From an uncultured Thermoanaerobaculia bacterium (lineage in GTDB: Bacteria; Acidobacteriota; Thermoanaerobaculia; Multivoradales; SZUA-115), in contig CAYQRE010000001.1 of assembly GCA_964420075.1 (NCBI GenBank), forward strand, positions 133,675 to 197,674: 64,000 nucleotides of DNA. Direction: 5' to 3'. Of the stretch, positions 55,074 to 63,557 are shown piece by piece. Made by a program: the position numbers and the translations under genes. The notes under the pieces are model-generated. The model saw nothing but the letters and a program-made list of their open reading frames with translations. It was not told the origin of the DNA and did not search any database. Position 1 is the stretch's first letter; the number at the start of each line of letters is the position of its first letter.

Positions 55074-55593
55074 GGTGGCCCTCCTCCTTCAAGTGCTCGG
55101 CGAGAGCGCCGCGCAGCCGGCGGCGCACCCGGTGCAGATAGGTCTTGACGGTGTTGAGCGGCAACGCGGTCACCTCGGCGATCTCCTGGTAGCTCATCTC
55201 TTGGACCTCGCGCAGCAAGGCGATGGTGCGATAGGGCTCCGCTTCGTTGGCGAGCGCCCGCAGCAGGGCCTGCTCGAGGTCGCGACGGCGCAGCGCCTGC
55301 TCAGGGTCGTCCTCGCGGGAGGTTGCCACCACGGCTGGTCCGTCGAGGCCGTCAACGAACAGCTTGCCACGGCTGCGACGACTGCGCAGGCTGTCGAGGC
55401 AGGCGTTGCGCGTCACCCGCATCAGCCACGCTCCGGCGGTCGCCGGGTCCACCTGCTCGAGGCTCCGCCACAACCGCAGGAGGACCTCCTGGGTGACGTC
55501 TTCCGCTTCGCTCGGGTTGCCCAGGTAGTAGGTGGCGAAGCCGTAGACGCGGTGTTGGTGCTCGGCGACGAGCTCGCGGAAACGGTCCAGCAT
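55057..55593 (-). CDS. RNA polymerase sigma-70 factor, ECF subfamily
   Basis: Start ATG 55593 (MLDRFRELVAEHQHRVYGFA...); region 2 and region 4 motifs. Confidence 0.8.
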   Translation of the reverse strand: MLDRFRELVAEHQHRVYGFATYYLGNPSEAEDVTQEVLLRLWRSLEQVDPATAGAWLMRVTRNACLDSLRSRRSRGKLFVDGLDGPAVVATSREDDPEQALRRRDLEQALLRALANEAEPYRTIALLREVQEMSYQEIAEVTALPLNTVKTYLHRVRRRLRGALAEHLKEEGHHAATA

Positions 55594-55769
55594 TCTCCAG
55601 CTCTCCAACGGATGCCGCCGGCCAAAGGTTACAGCCGCGGGCCAGCACGGCCCAGGGCCGCCAGGGCCTACGAGCGTGGTAGCATTACGGGCCATTGTCG
55701 TAGCGCTGGCGATCACCTCGATCGGCCGGCGGGGAGCGCCGCACCAGGGCGCTCTGGAAGGAGGTCCAC

Positions 55770-56177
55770 GTGATCCGCAAGGCCAAAGGCGGCATCCGCC
55801 TGACTCGGTTCGAGCTCGAAGTGATGGAGGAGCTCTGGAAGCTGGGCCGCGCCTCGGTCCGCGAGCTCCTCGAAGCCCTCCCCAAGAAGAAACAACCCGC
55901 CTACACCACCGTACAAACCATCGTCCGCCGGTTGGAGGAGAAGGCCGCGTTGCGCCAGGTCCGCAAGATCGGCAACGCGCACATCTACGAGCCGTTGATC
56001 TCCCGGCAGGCTGCCTACAGCCGGCTGATCCACGAGTTCCTCGACCTCTTCGGCGGCTCGCCGCGGCCGGTGATGGCCCACCTCGCCGAGGTCGGCCAGA
56101 TCAGCCTCGAAGACGTGCGCGAGCTGGAGCAGCTGGTCGTTCGCGGCGAAGAGGCCGCAGAGACCGCCACCGAGTAG
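55770..56177 (+). CDS. BlaI/MecI/CopY-family transcriptional repressor
   Basis: GTG start with GGAAGGAGG RBS; winged-helix LTRFELEVMEELWKLGRASVRELLEAL... typical of penicillinase repressor family. Confidence 0.8.
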   Translation: MIRKAKGGIRLTRFELEVMEELWKLGRASVRELLEALPKKKQPAYTTVQTIVRRLEEKAALRQVRKIGNAHIYEPLISRQAAYSRLIHEFLDLFGGSPRPVMAHLAEVGQISLEDVRELEQLVVRGEEAAETATE

Positions 56178-56261
56178 GGCAACACGGCGCCTGCAGGGCT
56201 CGCCCCGCAGGCGGGAGGTGGCCGGGGTGTCTGCCCCGGAAGACCGCTGGGAGATCAGACG

Positions 56262-57617
56262 ATGGGTACCCTTCATGAGTGGTTGGCCGGCTGGTCCTCG
56301 CAGGTGTGGCCCTTCGCCCTGACCCACCTCTGGCAATCGACCCTCTTCGTCGCCCTGCTCCTCCCCGTCCTCCTCCTGCTCAACCGCGCTCCCGCGCGCC
56401 TGCGCTACGGCCTGTCGCTGGTGGCGTCGATGAAGTTCCTGCTGCCGGCCGCGCTCCTCTTCTCCTGGCTCGCCGGCAGCGGTCTCGCCCGCCTGCTCTC
56501 CGCACCGGCCGGCTTCGCGATCGATCTCGGCCCCTGGCTCGACCGCCTGGTGAGCCCGCTGGCCCACGCCGCGGGCACCACCCTGCACAGCGAGATCTAC
56601 TGCCTGCTGAGCCTGGTTTGGCTGCTTGGCGCCAGCTCGATCGCAGCGCTGTGGTTCTGGCGCCAGCGCAGCCTCGTCCAGCTGCTCGCCGAGGCCAAGC
56701 GGGTGACCCACGGCCGGGAGGCCGAGATCCTCGCTGCCGTCCGCGCCCGCCTGGGCATCCGCCGGCAGATCGAGCTCGCGCTCCTCGCCGGCGACGCCGA
56801 GCCCGGCGTCTTCCGCGTGCGGCGCCCCGTGCTGCTCCTCCCCGAGGAGATGCCGGCCAGCCTCTCCGCCGCCGAGCTCGAGGCCATCTTCCTCCACGAG
56901 CTGGTGCACGTGAAGCGGCACGACAACTTAGTGGCGAGCCTCCATCGTGGCCTCTGCTGCCTGTTCTGGTTCCACCCCCTGGTCTGGATGCTCGACCGCC
57001 GCCTGCTCGCCGAGCGCGAGGAGGCCTGCGACGAGGGCGTGCTCGCCCTCGGCGGCCGCGCCGAGGTCTACGCCCGCGGCTTGCTCAAGACGGTGCAGTT
57101 CGGGCTCGGTTGGCGGCTCGCCTCGGTCTCCTCGGCCGGGGCCTCCAACCTCAAGCGCCGCATCGAGCGCATCCTCGCCGGCCCCAGCCCGCGGCCCTCG
57201 CTTGCCAATCACCTCGGGCTGGCCGTCGCCGTGATGCTGTTCGCCGCCTTCTCGCTGGCCGTCGGCTCGCACGTCCAGCAGCCGGACCAGCCGCTCGCGA
57301 CCCTCGGCGTCGTGCCCGCCGAGGTCGCCTTCCTGAAGCTCGACCTCGCTGCCGGGCCGCTCCTCCACGCTCCCCAGGAGGCCGTGATCCGTTCCACCTC
57401 ACCGCTGCCGGTGAGCGAGGTGCAGACGGCGCGCTGCTTGAAGGAGAAGCACCCGGCGACCACCTCGCCCTGCCGCAACCCCGAGGACGAGGAACGCGTC
57501 GCCTGGATGCCCGACGGTGGCCCGCGGCCGAGGCGCCAGCCGATGCCGCTCCCCACCACCGAGGTGCCGAGCCTCGATGCCGTCCGCACCGCCCCCGTCC
57601 CCACCTGGCTGCCCTGA
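56262..57617 (+). CDS. BlaR1-like M56-family membrane metallopeptidase (signal transducer)
   Basis: 4 TM + HELVHVKRHD zinc motif (HExxH); paired with BlaI upstream. Confidence 0.8.
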   Translation: MGTLHEWLAGWSSQVWPFALTHLWQSTLFVALLLPVLLLLNRAPARLRYGLSLVASMKFLLPAALLFSWLAGSGLARLLSAPAGFAIDLGPWLDRLVSPLAHAAGTTLHSEIYCLLSLVWLLGASSIAALWFWRQRSLVQLLAEAKRVTHGREAEILAAVRARLGIRRQIELALLAGDAEPGVFRVRRPVLLLPEEMPASLSAAELEAIFLHELVHVKRHDNLVASLHRGLCCLFWFHPLVWMLDRRLLAEREEACDEGVLALGGRAEVYARGLLKTVQFGLGWRLASVSSAGASNLKRRIERILAGPSPRPSLANHLGLAVAVMLFAAFSLAVGSHVQQPDQPLATLGVVPAEVAFLKLDLAAGPLLHAPQEAVIRSTSPLPVSEVQTARCLKEKHPATTSPCRNPEDEERVAWMPDGGPRPRRQPMPLPTTEVPSLDAVRTAPVPTWLP

Positions 57618-57647
57618 GGCAGCAGGCAGGCTCGCCGCGGGCAGCCC

Positions 57648-58340
57648 TCAGCCGGCCGGCTCGGCAGCCGGCCCCGCCACCGGCTCGATGCAGCGCGGGC
57701 CGTCGTTCGCCGGGCTGTTGACGAAACGCGAGACGGGCCAGGCCTCCATCTCCTCGGCCGGGTAGGCGGTGAGCAGGGGCTCCAGCTGCTCACGGCTCGC
57801 CTTGGGGTCCAGCCAGAGGGCCTGGGCCGCCGCCGGCAGGATCACCGGCATGCGGTCGTGGATCGCCGCCGAGAGCTCGTTGGGGGCGGTAGTCAGCAGG
57901 GTGCAGGTCTCGAGCGGCTCCCCCTCCTTAGCCCAGCGCTCCCATAAACCGGCGAAGGCGAACGGCCGCCCCCCCTTGAGACGGATGTAGTAGGGCTGCT
58001 TGCTGCCGTCCGGCAGCTTCTTCCACTCGTAGTAGCCGTCGCTCAGCACCAGGCAGCGCTGGCGGCGAAACGCCGAGCGGAAGGCCGGCTTCTCCGCTAC
58101 CGTCTCCGCCCGCGCGTTGATCATCCGATTGCCCATCGAGGGATCGGAGGCCCAGGAGGGCACCAGGCCCCAGCGCAGGTTCACCAGCTCGCGCTCGCCA
58201 CCGCCGCGGGGCAGGCGCACCGCCGCCACCTCCTGGGTGGGCGCGATGTTGTAGCGCGCCGGCAGCTGCGGCGTGGCGGCCAGCTCGAAGGCGTCGACGA
58301 TCGCGTCGCCGGGGGCGGTCAAGGTGTAGCGACCACACAT
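57648..58340 (-). CDS. SOS-response-associated peptidase (SRAP/YedK; abasic-site processing protein)
   Basis: Start ATG 58340 (GAGGAGGG RBS); N-terminal MCGRY (catalytic Cys2), conserved ...MINARAET... and DGYYEW motifs. Confidence 0.8.
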   Translation of the reverse strand: MCGRYTLTAPGDAIVDAFELAATPQLPARYNIAPTQEVAAVRLPRGGGERELVNLRWGLVPSWASDPSMGNRMINARAETVAEKPAFRSAFRRQRCLVLSDGYYEWKKLPDGSKQPYYIRLKGGRPFAFAGLWERWAKEGEPLETCTLLTTAPNELSAAIHDRMPVILPAAAQALWLDPKASREQLEPLLTAYPAEEMEAWPVSRFVNSPANDGPRCIEPVAGPAAEPAG

Positions 58341-58497
58341 GGCACGGCCCTCCTCTCGATGGGCCGATCTTAGCGTCGGGGATCGCTGTGGGCGGCGCCA
58401 ATTCCCCGTCCTGACGCACAATACCGACAGCGCCGCCCGCTCCCGCGGACGGCCGTGGTGGTCGCCTCCGTGTCTCGTGGCGGCGCGGGGAGGCGGA

Positions 58498-58839
58498 ATG
58501 CGTTGCGTTTCTCGGAAACTGGTCGTGGCGGCGGTGGTCCTCGTGGGGCTCACCGCCTTCGCCCCGGTGGCGCAGGCAGCGCCACGCGCGGGCGCGGCGG
58601 CGGGCCTGTGGGCGCAGGTCTGGAGCTGGCTCGCCGGGGTGTGGGAGAAGGAGGGGCCGATCCTCGACCCCCTCGGCGTGCCGTCAGCGGCGCCGGCTTC
58701 ATCCCCGGCCTACTCTGGGAACCTGCATGGGGTCTGGGAGAAGGAAGGGCCGACCTGCGACGAGTTCGGACGGCCGGGAGGGTGCGCAGCCAGCGTTTGG
58801 GAAAGTGCGCCTGCGTCGAGAGGGCCGGCGGAAGGCTGA
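58498..58839 (+). CDS. Small secreted protein with tandem GVWEKEGP repeats
   Basis: Start ATG 58498 (GGGAGGCGG RBS); signal peptide; repeats LAGVWEKEGPILDPLGVP / LHGVWEKEGPTCDEFGRP. Confidence 0.4.
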   Translation: MRCVSRKLVVAAVVLVGLTAFAPVAQAAPRAGAAAGLWAQVWSWLAGVWEKEGPILDPLGVPSAAPASSPAYSGNLHGVWEKEGPTCDEFGRPGGCAASVWESAPASRGPAEG

Positions 58840-58928
58840 CGCGACCTAGCTGCTCAAGGTGGTCAATCGCGGGCAAATGTTAGAAATGCGCTCTTCGCGC
58901 GCCCGCGCATCTCTGCTAGGGTTTCCCC

Positions 58929-60065
58929 ATGCAAACGCTGGAAGACGGCGGGGCGAGCCCGGCAAATGAGCCACCCCTAGGGACCCTGGCCTGGCAGGAG
59001 CTCGCCACATCCTTGGTCGCCGCGCAAGCCGCCAACCACGCCCAGCTACTTCGCGGCAGGCCTCTTGCCAACCCAGCCCCTCTTGTTCAGGAGCTCTGTC
59101 GCTTGAGTTTGGCTGCCGCCCGGGAGGAACCGGGCCGCGCGTTGCCAATCGCATCAGCAGCACTGGCGGCCGCGCGGTCTGCCCGGACTTCCGCGCTGCC
59201 AGCCAGTGTGCGCGCCGACTTGCGAGCCGAGGCCTGGGCTCACCTGGCGAACGCTCTGCGCGTTCAAGAGCGCTACCGCGAGGCGACACGTGCCTGGAAA
59301 CGAGCGCACCACCTTCGCCTCCTGGGGAGCCGAGATCCCCTCCTCGCCGCGCTGTTGGCGGAAATGGAGGCCTTGCTCCGGCGAGCACAACGCCAGCTGC
59401 CGACGGCAGCGAAACTCCTGGCGCGGGCCATTCGCACCTACCGCAACGCCGCCACTCCAAACACGCCGCTCGGCCGCGCCCTGCACGCGGCCTCGACCGT
59501 GGCCTACGCCCACGGCGACGCGACGAGTGCCTACCGGTTGGCCTTCGAGGCTCTGCAAGCGACCCCAGCTCACGACCAGCCGACCCGCTACTTCCGCATC
59601 CTGAGAGATTCCGTCCTCTACCTGGCCGAGCTGGGCGAGCTGGGCCTTGCCCTGCGCATGGTGCGCGAGCTGGCCCCTTGGCGCGAGACCATCGAGGGGG
59701 AGACGGCGCGGCTGCGCTGGGATTGGATCTGCGGCCGGGTGTTCAGCCGCTGCGGCGCCTGGGAGCAGGCGCAGGAGCTCTTCGAGCGCGTCTGCCGCGG
59801 CTTCGCCGCCCAGGGCCTGCATTACGACGCCGCCCTGGTCGCCTTCGACATCTGCTGGTCCTACGCTGAGAAGGGGCGCTGGGCCAAGGTCTGCGAGCTG
59901 GCGGTGGCGATGAACGACACCTTCTGCTCCCTCGCCATCCCGCGCGAGGCCGCGGCGGCCTTCAGCCTCTTCCTCCAGGCGGCGAGCAACTTCCGGGTGG
60001 GCTGGCCGGTGCTCCACGAGGTGCAGTCCGTGCTCGCCCCCCTGCGCCGGGAGCGGGGTTTCTAG
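58929..60065 (+). CDS. Hypothetical helical (TPR-like) protein
   Basis: 378 aa, all-alpha, Ala/Leu/Arg-rich repeats; TAGGGT -10-like element 6 nt upstream of ATG; no catalytic motif recognised. Confidence 0.4.
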   Translation: MQTLEDGGASPANEPPLGTLAWQELATSLVAAQAANHAQLLRGRPLANPAPLVQELCRLSLAAAREEPGRALPIASAALAAARSARTSALPASVRADLRAEAWAHLANALRVQERYREATRAWKRAHHLRLLGSRDPLLAALLAEMEALLRRAQRQLPTAAKLLARAIRTYRNAATPNTPLGRALHAASTVAYAHGDATSAYRLAFEALQATPAHDQPTRYFRILRDSVLYLAELGELGLALRMVRELAPWRETIEGETARLRWDWICGRVFSRCGAWEQAQELFERVCRGFAAQGLHYDAALVAFDICWSYAEKGRWAKVCELAVAMNDTFCSLAIPREAAAAFSLFLQAASNFRVGWPVLHEVQSVLAPLRRERGF

Positions 60066-60733
60066 CCGCCACCGCCCGGGGCGAGGGGGCCGAGACGCGC
60101 CGCCGCTGCTCGCCAGCCCGCGTCCACCTCGTCGAGATACTCCGCCCACAGCACGCTGGCGAGCGCGCTGCCGCCCGGCCGGAACATCTCCAGGAAGAAG
60201 CGCCCGGGGCTGGCGTCGAGAAGCGCCAGGAGGGCGAAGACGTGCTCCAGGTTGAGGCCGGCGAACCCGCGCAGGAGCTGGCCCAGGGCACCTGGCCCCA
60301 GGGACAGGCGGCGGCTCGCCTCCTTCTGGCTCATCCCCCGCCGGCGCAGCAGCTGGCGCAGCACCTCGCCACAGCGCAGCACCCAGGCCCGCACGTCACG
60401 CGGCCGGCCGATCAACGCCTCGCGCTGGGCCAAGAGCAGCTCGCGCGCCACGGCCTCACCCCGGCGCCCGAGCTCCGAGGGCGTGAAGGTGCCGACCCGC
60501 ACGCCGCCGAGGGGGTAGAGCGCGCAGAAGAACTCCTCCGGGTCCACCTCCAGGATCTCGAGGAGCTGCAAGGCCACCGCGACCTTGAAGGGGGTCTGGC
60601 GGCGCAGGACCCGGCCCAGGTAGGTGGGATGGCGCCCCAGCTTCTCGCTGGCCGCGGCGAGCCCGAGCCCGCTGCGCTCCAGGAGCCCGGCAAAGGCCGA
60701 CGCCAGGCGGTCCACCTCCTGCGGGGGAGTCAT
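60062..60733 (-). CDS. Tandem-HTH XRE-type transcriptional regulator
   Basis: Two HTH modules (...LGRHPTYLGRVLRRQ... and ...MSQKEASRRLSLGPGALGQLLRG...); each followed by ALLALLD/ALQLLEILEVDPEEFF helix as in the other HTH paralogs. Confidence 0.5.
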   Translation of the reverse strand: MTPPQEVDRLASAFAGLLERSGLGLAAASEKLGRHPTYLGRVLRRQTPFKVAVALQLLEILEVDPEEFFCALYPLGGVRVGTFTPSELGRRGEAVARELLLAQREALIGRPRDVRAWVLRCGEVLRQLLRRRGMSQKEASRRLSLGPGALGQLLRGFAGLNLEHVFALLALLDASPGRFFLEMFRPGGSALASVLWAEYLDEVDAGWRAAAARLGPLAPGGGG

Positions 60734-60902
60734 ACCGGCACTCTACTGTCTACTCTCCGAAGAAGCATTGAGATGCTAATTAGTGCTCTCACGACCAGAT
60801 TGTGGCTCTCTTACACTTCTCCTCGCCGCAAGACTCTTCACCAGCGGTAGCGGCCGGCGGGGGGCCACGACCCCTGCCGGCCGCCTTCGAGGAGGACGAT
60901 CG

Positions 60903-61238
60903 ATGGCCGAGCGCAGCGCAGCCCCCGCCACCCCACCACGCCCCCGCGCCACCCGCCTGAAATCCGAACGGGTGCAGGAACCAGCCCTCCCCACCCTCTG
61001 GGACTTCGAGCAGGACACTGGCGCCCTCACCCGCCGCTATCTCTTCGCCAGCCGGCTCGGCGCCGAGCAGTTCATCCGCCTGGCCGAGTCGCTTGCCCGC
61101 GGTGAGGGCCTGCCCGTGCACTTCGACCACGGCGAGGAGCACAACGTGCGGGTGAAGCTGCCGGCGCAGCCGCGGGCCACGGCGGCCCGCCTGCGCCTGG
61201 CGCAGGGCCTCGACCGCCTCCTGGGAGGAGAAGGCTAG
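60903..61238 (+). CDS. Hypothetical protein (111 aa)
   Basis: ATG 60903 inside track ORF 60783..61238; divergent from the tandem-HTH gene; no domain recognised. Confidence 0.35.
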   Translation: MAERSAAPATPPRPRATRLKSERVQEPALPTLWDFEQDTGALTRRYLFASRLGAEQFIRLAESLARGEGLPVHFDHGEEHNVRVKLPAQPRATAARLRLAQGLDRLLGGEG

Positions 61239-61276
61239 GCAGGTGGGCAGGGCCGGGGCCCCATCTCTCTCCGGCC

Positions 61277-62434
61277 TTGCCCACCCTTTTTCTGCCAGCC
61301 CAGAGAGCCATGACGAGCCCCACCTGCGCCCTCCCGCCCCTGCCCTCCATCGAGCAGCTGGTCGCCTGGCTGCCAGCCTGGCAGCTGGAGGGCGCTACCG
61401 GCGGCCGGCGCCTGCGCCGGCAGGCGGCCTGCGAGAGCCGCGCAGCGGCCGAGCAGTTGCTCGCCGAAACCGCCGGCTTCCTGCTCAGGTCGCCCTACGC
61501 CTGCCTGAGCTTCAAGCTCGACGGCAGCAGCCTGCTGGTCGACGGCCACGAGCCGGCTGGTGGTTGGACGATCGCCGAGATCGCGGCGATGATCGGGCTC
61601 GAGGCCGCCCTCGCCGAGCGCGGGGTGGCAGGGCCACCCGTCGACCACGAGGCCTTCGGCGCCTGGACGCGGCGCTACGTGAGCGCGTTGATGGCCCGCC
61701 AGAGCGAGCCGGCGGCCGGGGCCGCGACCGAGAGAGAGGCCGCGACCAAGGGCGACCCCGGCCGCCTGGCGACGTACCTCTTGGGCTTGCCAGCGGGCGA
61801 GCGCTGGGCCCTGGTCGGTGGGCGGCCGAGCCTCCACACCGTGGAGTTCGCTCAGGCCTTGCTGACCGCCGCCCGGCTCCTGCCGGGTACGACCGGCCCG
61901 GATGCGAAGGCCTTGACGGCGGCGGGCGCGCAGGCGGAGAGCCTCCTCCACCTGGCGGCGGCGGTGGCGGCTCGCGTCAAGGTCGGCCCCCGCGTGCCGG
62001 CGATCTGGGTGGCCGACCTCCTGGCCGAGGTGTGGGCCCTGCGCGGTGAGTACGCGGCGCAGGCCGGGCGGGGCGAGGAAGGGGCACTGGCCTGCGACCT
62101 CGCACGCGCGATCGCCGAGGCCGGCAGCGGCGACCCACGGGTGGCTTTCCAGATCGCCAACGGCGAGGCCTGGGTGCGCTGGATGCGCGGCGACTGGCAG
62201 GGCTGCCTCACCGTGCTCGACGCCGGCATCGCCGAGGCGGTGGCGGCCGGCCAGCTGGACGACGAGGCCGTGGGCCGCTGGCGGCGCGCCTGCGTGCTCC
62301 AGGCCCTGGGCCGCGATGCCGAGGCGCACCACGAGGCGGCGACGGTGCTCGCCCTGGAGATCGACCTCGGCGCCCTGCGCAGCGCCGTCGAAACGCTCTA
62401 CAGCGAGACCCGGGGAGGCGGTGCCCTGCACTGA
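61277..62434 (+). CDS. Hypothetical helical protein (start possibly ATG 61310)
   Basis: 385 aa alpha-helical, no recognisable catalytic motif. Confidence 0.4.
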   Translation: MPTLFLPAQRAMTSPTCALPPLPSIEQLVAWLPAWQLEGATGGRRLRRQAACESRAAAEQLLAETAGFLLRSPYACLSFKLDGSSLLVDGHEPAGGWTIAEIAAMIGLEAALAERGVAGPPVDHEAFGAWTRRYVSALMARQSEPAAGAATEREAATKGDPGRLATYLLGLPAGERWALVGGRPSLHTVEFAQALLTAARLLPGTTGPDAKALTAAGAQAESLLHLAAAVAARVKVGPRVPAIWVADLLAEVWALRGEYAAQAGRGEEGALACDLARAIAEAGSGDPRVAFQIANGEAWVRWMRGDWQGCLTVLDAGIAEAVAAGQLDDEAVGRWRRACVLQALGRDAEAHHEAATVLALEIDLGALRSAVETLYSETRGGGALH

Positions 62435-62461
62435 GGGGGCACCAAGAAGGGGCGACGGAAG

Positions 62462-62956
62462 ATGAGCAAGCAGAGAACGCTGGTGCCGGGAAGTACCGCA
62501 AGCGCCACCAGGGCGGCAGCCGAGGCGCGGGTCGAGGTCGTCAAGAGCCTGCTGGCCCGCGAGATCGAGGCCCGCCGGCTCCCCCAGCGTAGAGTGAGCC
62601 GGCAGCTGGGCTATGGCGATAGCTATCTCGCGAACCTCTTCATGAAGATCAGAGGCCGCGGGCCGGCCCACCTCCGCATGGACTCCTACTTGGCGCTCTG
62701 CACAGTCCTCCAAGTCGACCCCGCAGCACTGCTGGCGGCGAGCGCCCCACCTGCCACCGGCGCCGAGCCGCCGGCGCCACCCCTGGCTCTGCCCGGCCGC
62801 CGCGAGCTCGCGTCCCTGGTGGCGAGGCTCGCGGGCGAGGAGCTGCGCGCACTCGCCCTGCGCGGCCTGGTCTTCGCGGCAACGGTCAACGAGCTCTGCG
62901 CCAAGACGGGCAGGCCGGAGGCTCCCAAGGCCGAGGAGGCCGCCGGCGAACCCTAG
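62462..62956 (+). CDS. XRE-type HTH transcriptional regulator (paralog of 43689 and 60062 genes)
   Basis: ...VSRQLGYGDSYLANLFMKIRG... HTH followed by LALCTVLQVDPAALL helix shared with paralogs. Confidence 0.45.
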   Translation: MSKQRTLVPGSTASATRAAAEARVEVVKSLLAREIEARRLPQRRVSRQLGYGDSYLANLFMKIRGRGPAHLRMDSYLALCTVLQVDPAALLAASAPPATGAEPPAPPLALPGRRELASLVARLAGEELRALALRGLVFAATVNELCAKTGRPEAPKAEEAAGEP

Positions 62957-63020
62957 AAGAGAGACGGCCGGGCAGGGTGCACGAACACCCCACCCGGCCT
63001 TTGCCACCCATGGAGAGAGC

Positions 63021-63528
63021 CATGAGCGACGAGGAAGAGGATAGCCGACCCGGTGGGCGAGTGGTTGACGCCATCGAGAAGTTCATCGGCCGGCTCGACG
63101 AGCAGGAGGCTCCCGCCACGGCCTACGCGGCCGAGACCGCCGGGCCGTGGCGGGTACGCGAGGTCGAGGGAGGGTTCGCCGTGCTGCGCGCCAGCGCCAC
63201 CTGGCCGGAGCAGATCGTCGCCACTTTCGTGGACCGCGAGCTCGCCCACCTGGCGGCCGCCCTGCTGCCGGCGACCGGCACGCCCGAGCGCTTCAGCGTG
63301 GCCGCCGAGGCGGGTGAGGATGGCTACGCCTTTCTCGACGGCCGTGAGGTGCGTGGTGTGCTGCTCTACTCCGACAGCGGCCTGGCGGAGGCGATGAGCG
63401 ACGCCCACGCTGTGCTGTGCCGGCCGGAGGCCCTCGCCCACCTCCTGCTCGCCGCCGGCGAACGCGCCCTCGAGCTGGCCCTGGAGGCCGTGAGGCAGCT
63501 GGCCCTAGTGCTCCACGACCAGCCCTGA
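63021..63528 (+). CDS. Hypothetical protein with acidic N-terminus (paralog of 41399..41917)
   Basis: 169 aa; MSDEEEDSRPGG...; shared blocks with the 41.4 kb paralog (see findings). Confidence 0.45.
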
Positions 63529-63557
63529 GGCCAGGCGACGTTCCCCTGCCAGCCGGG

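Noticed and set aside
60903-61238. Possible pterin-4a-carbinolamine dehydratase-like identity of the 111-aa protein
   Set aside because: Compared from memory with the PCD/DCoH signature ([EDKH]-x-H-H-P ... TH); the motif is absent, so left as hypothetical.
61235-63007. 590-aa minus-strand ORF across the 61-63 kb hypothetical block
   Set aside because: Gly/Ala/Arg/Gln-rich low-complexity translation without start context; plus-strand genes have RBSs and HTH motifs.
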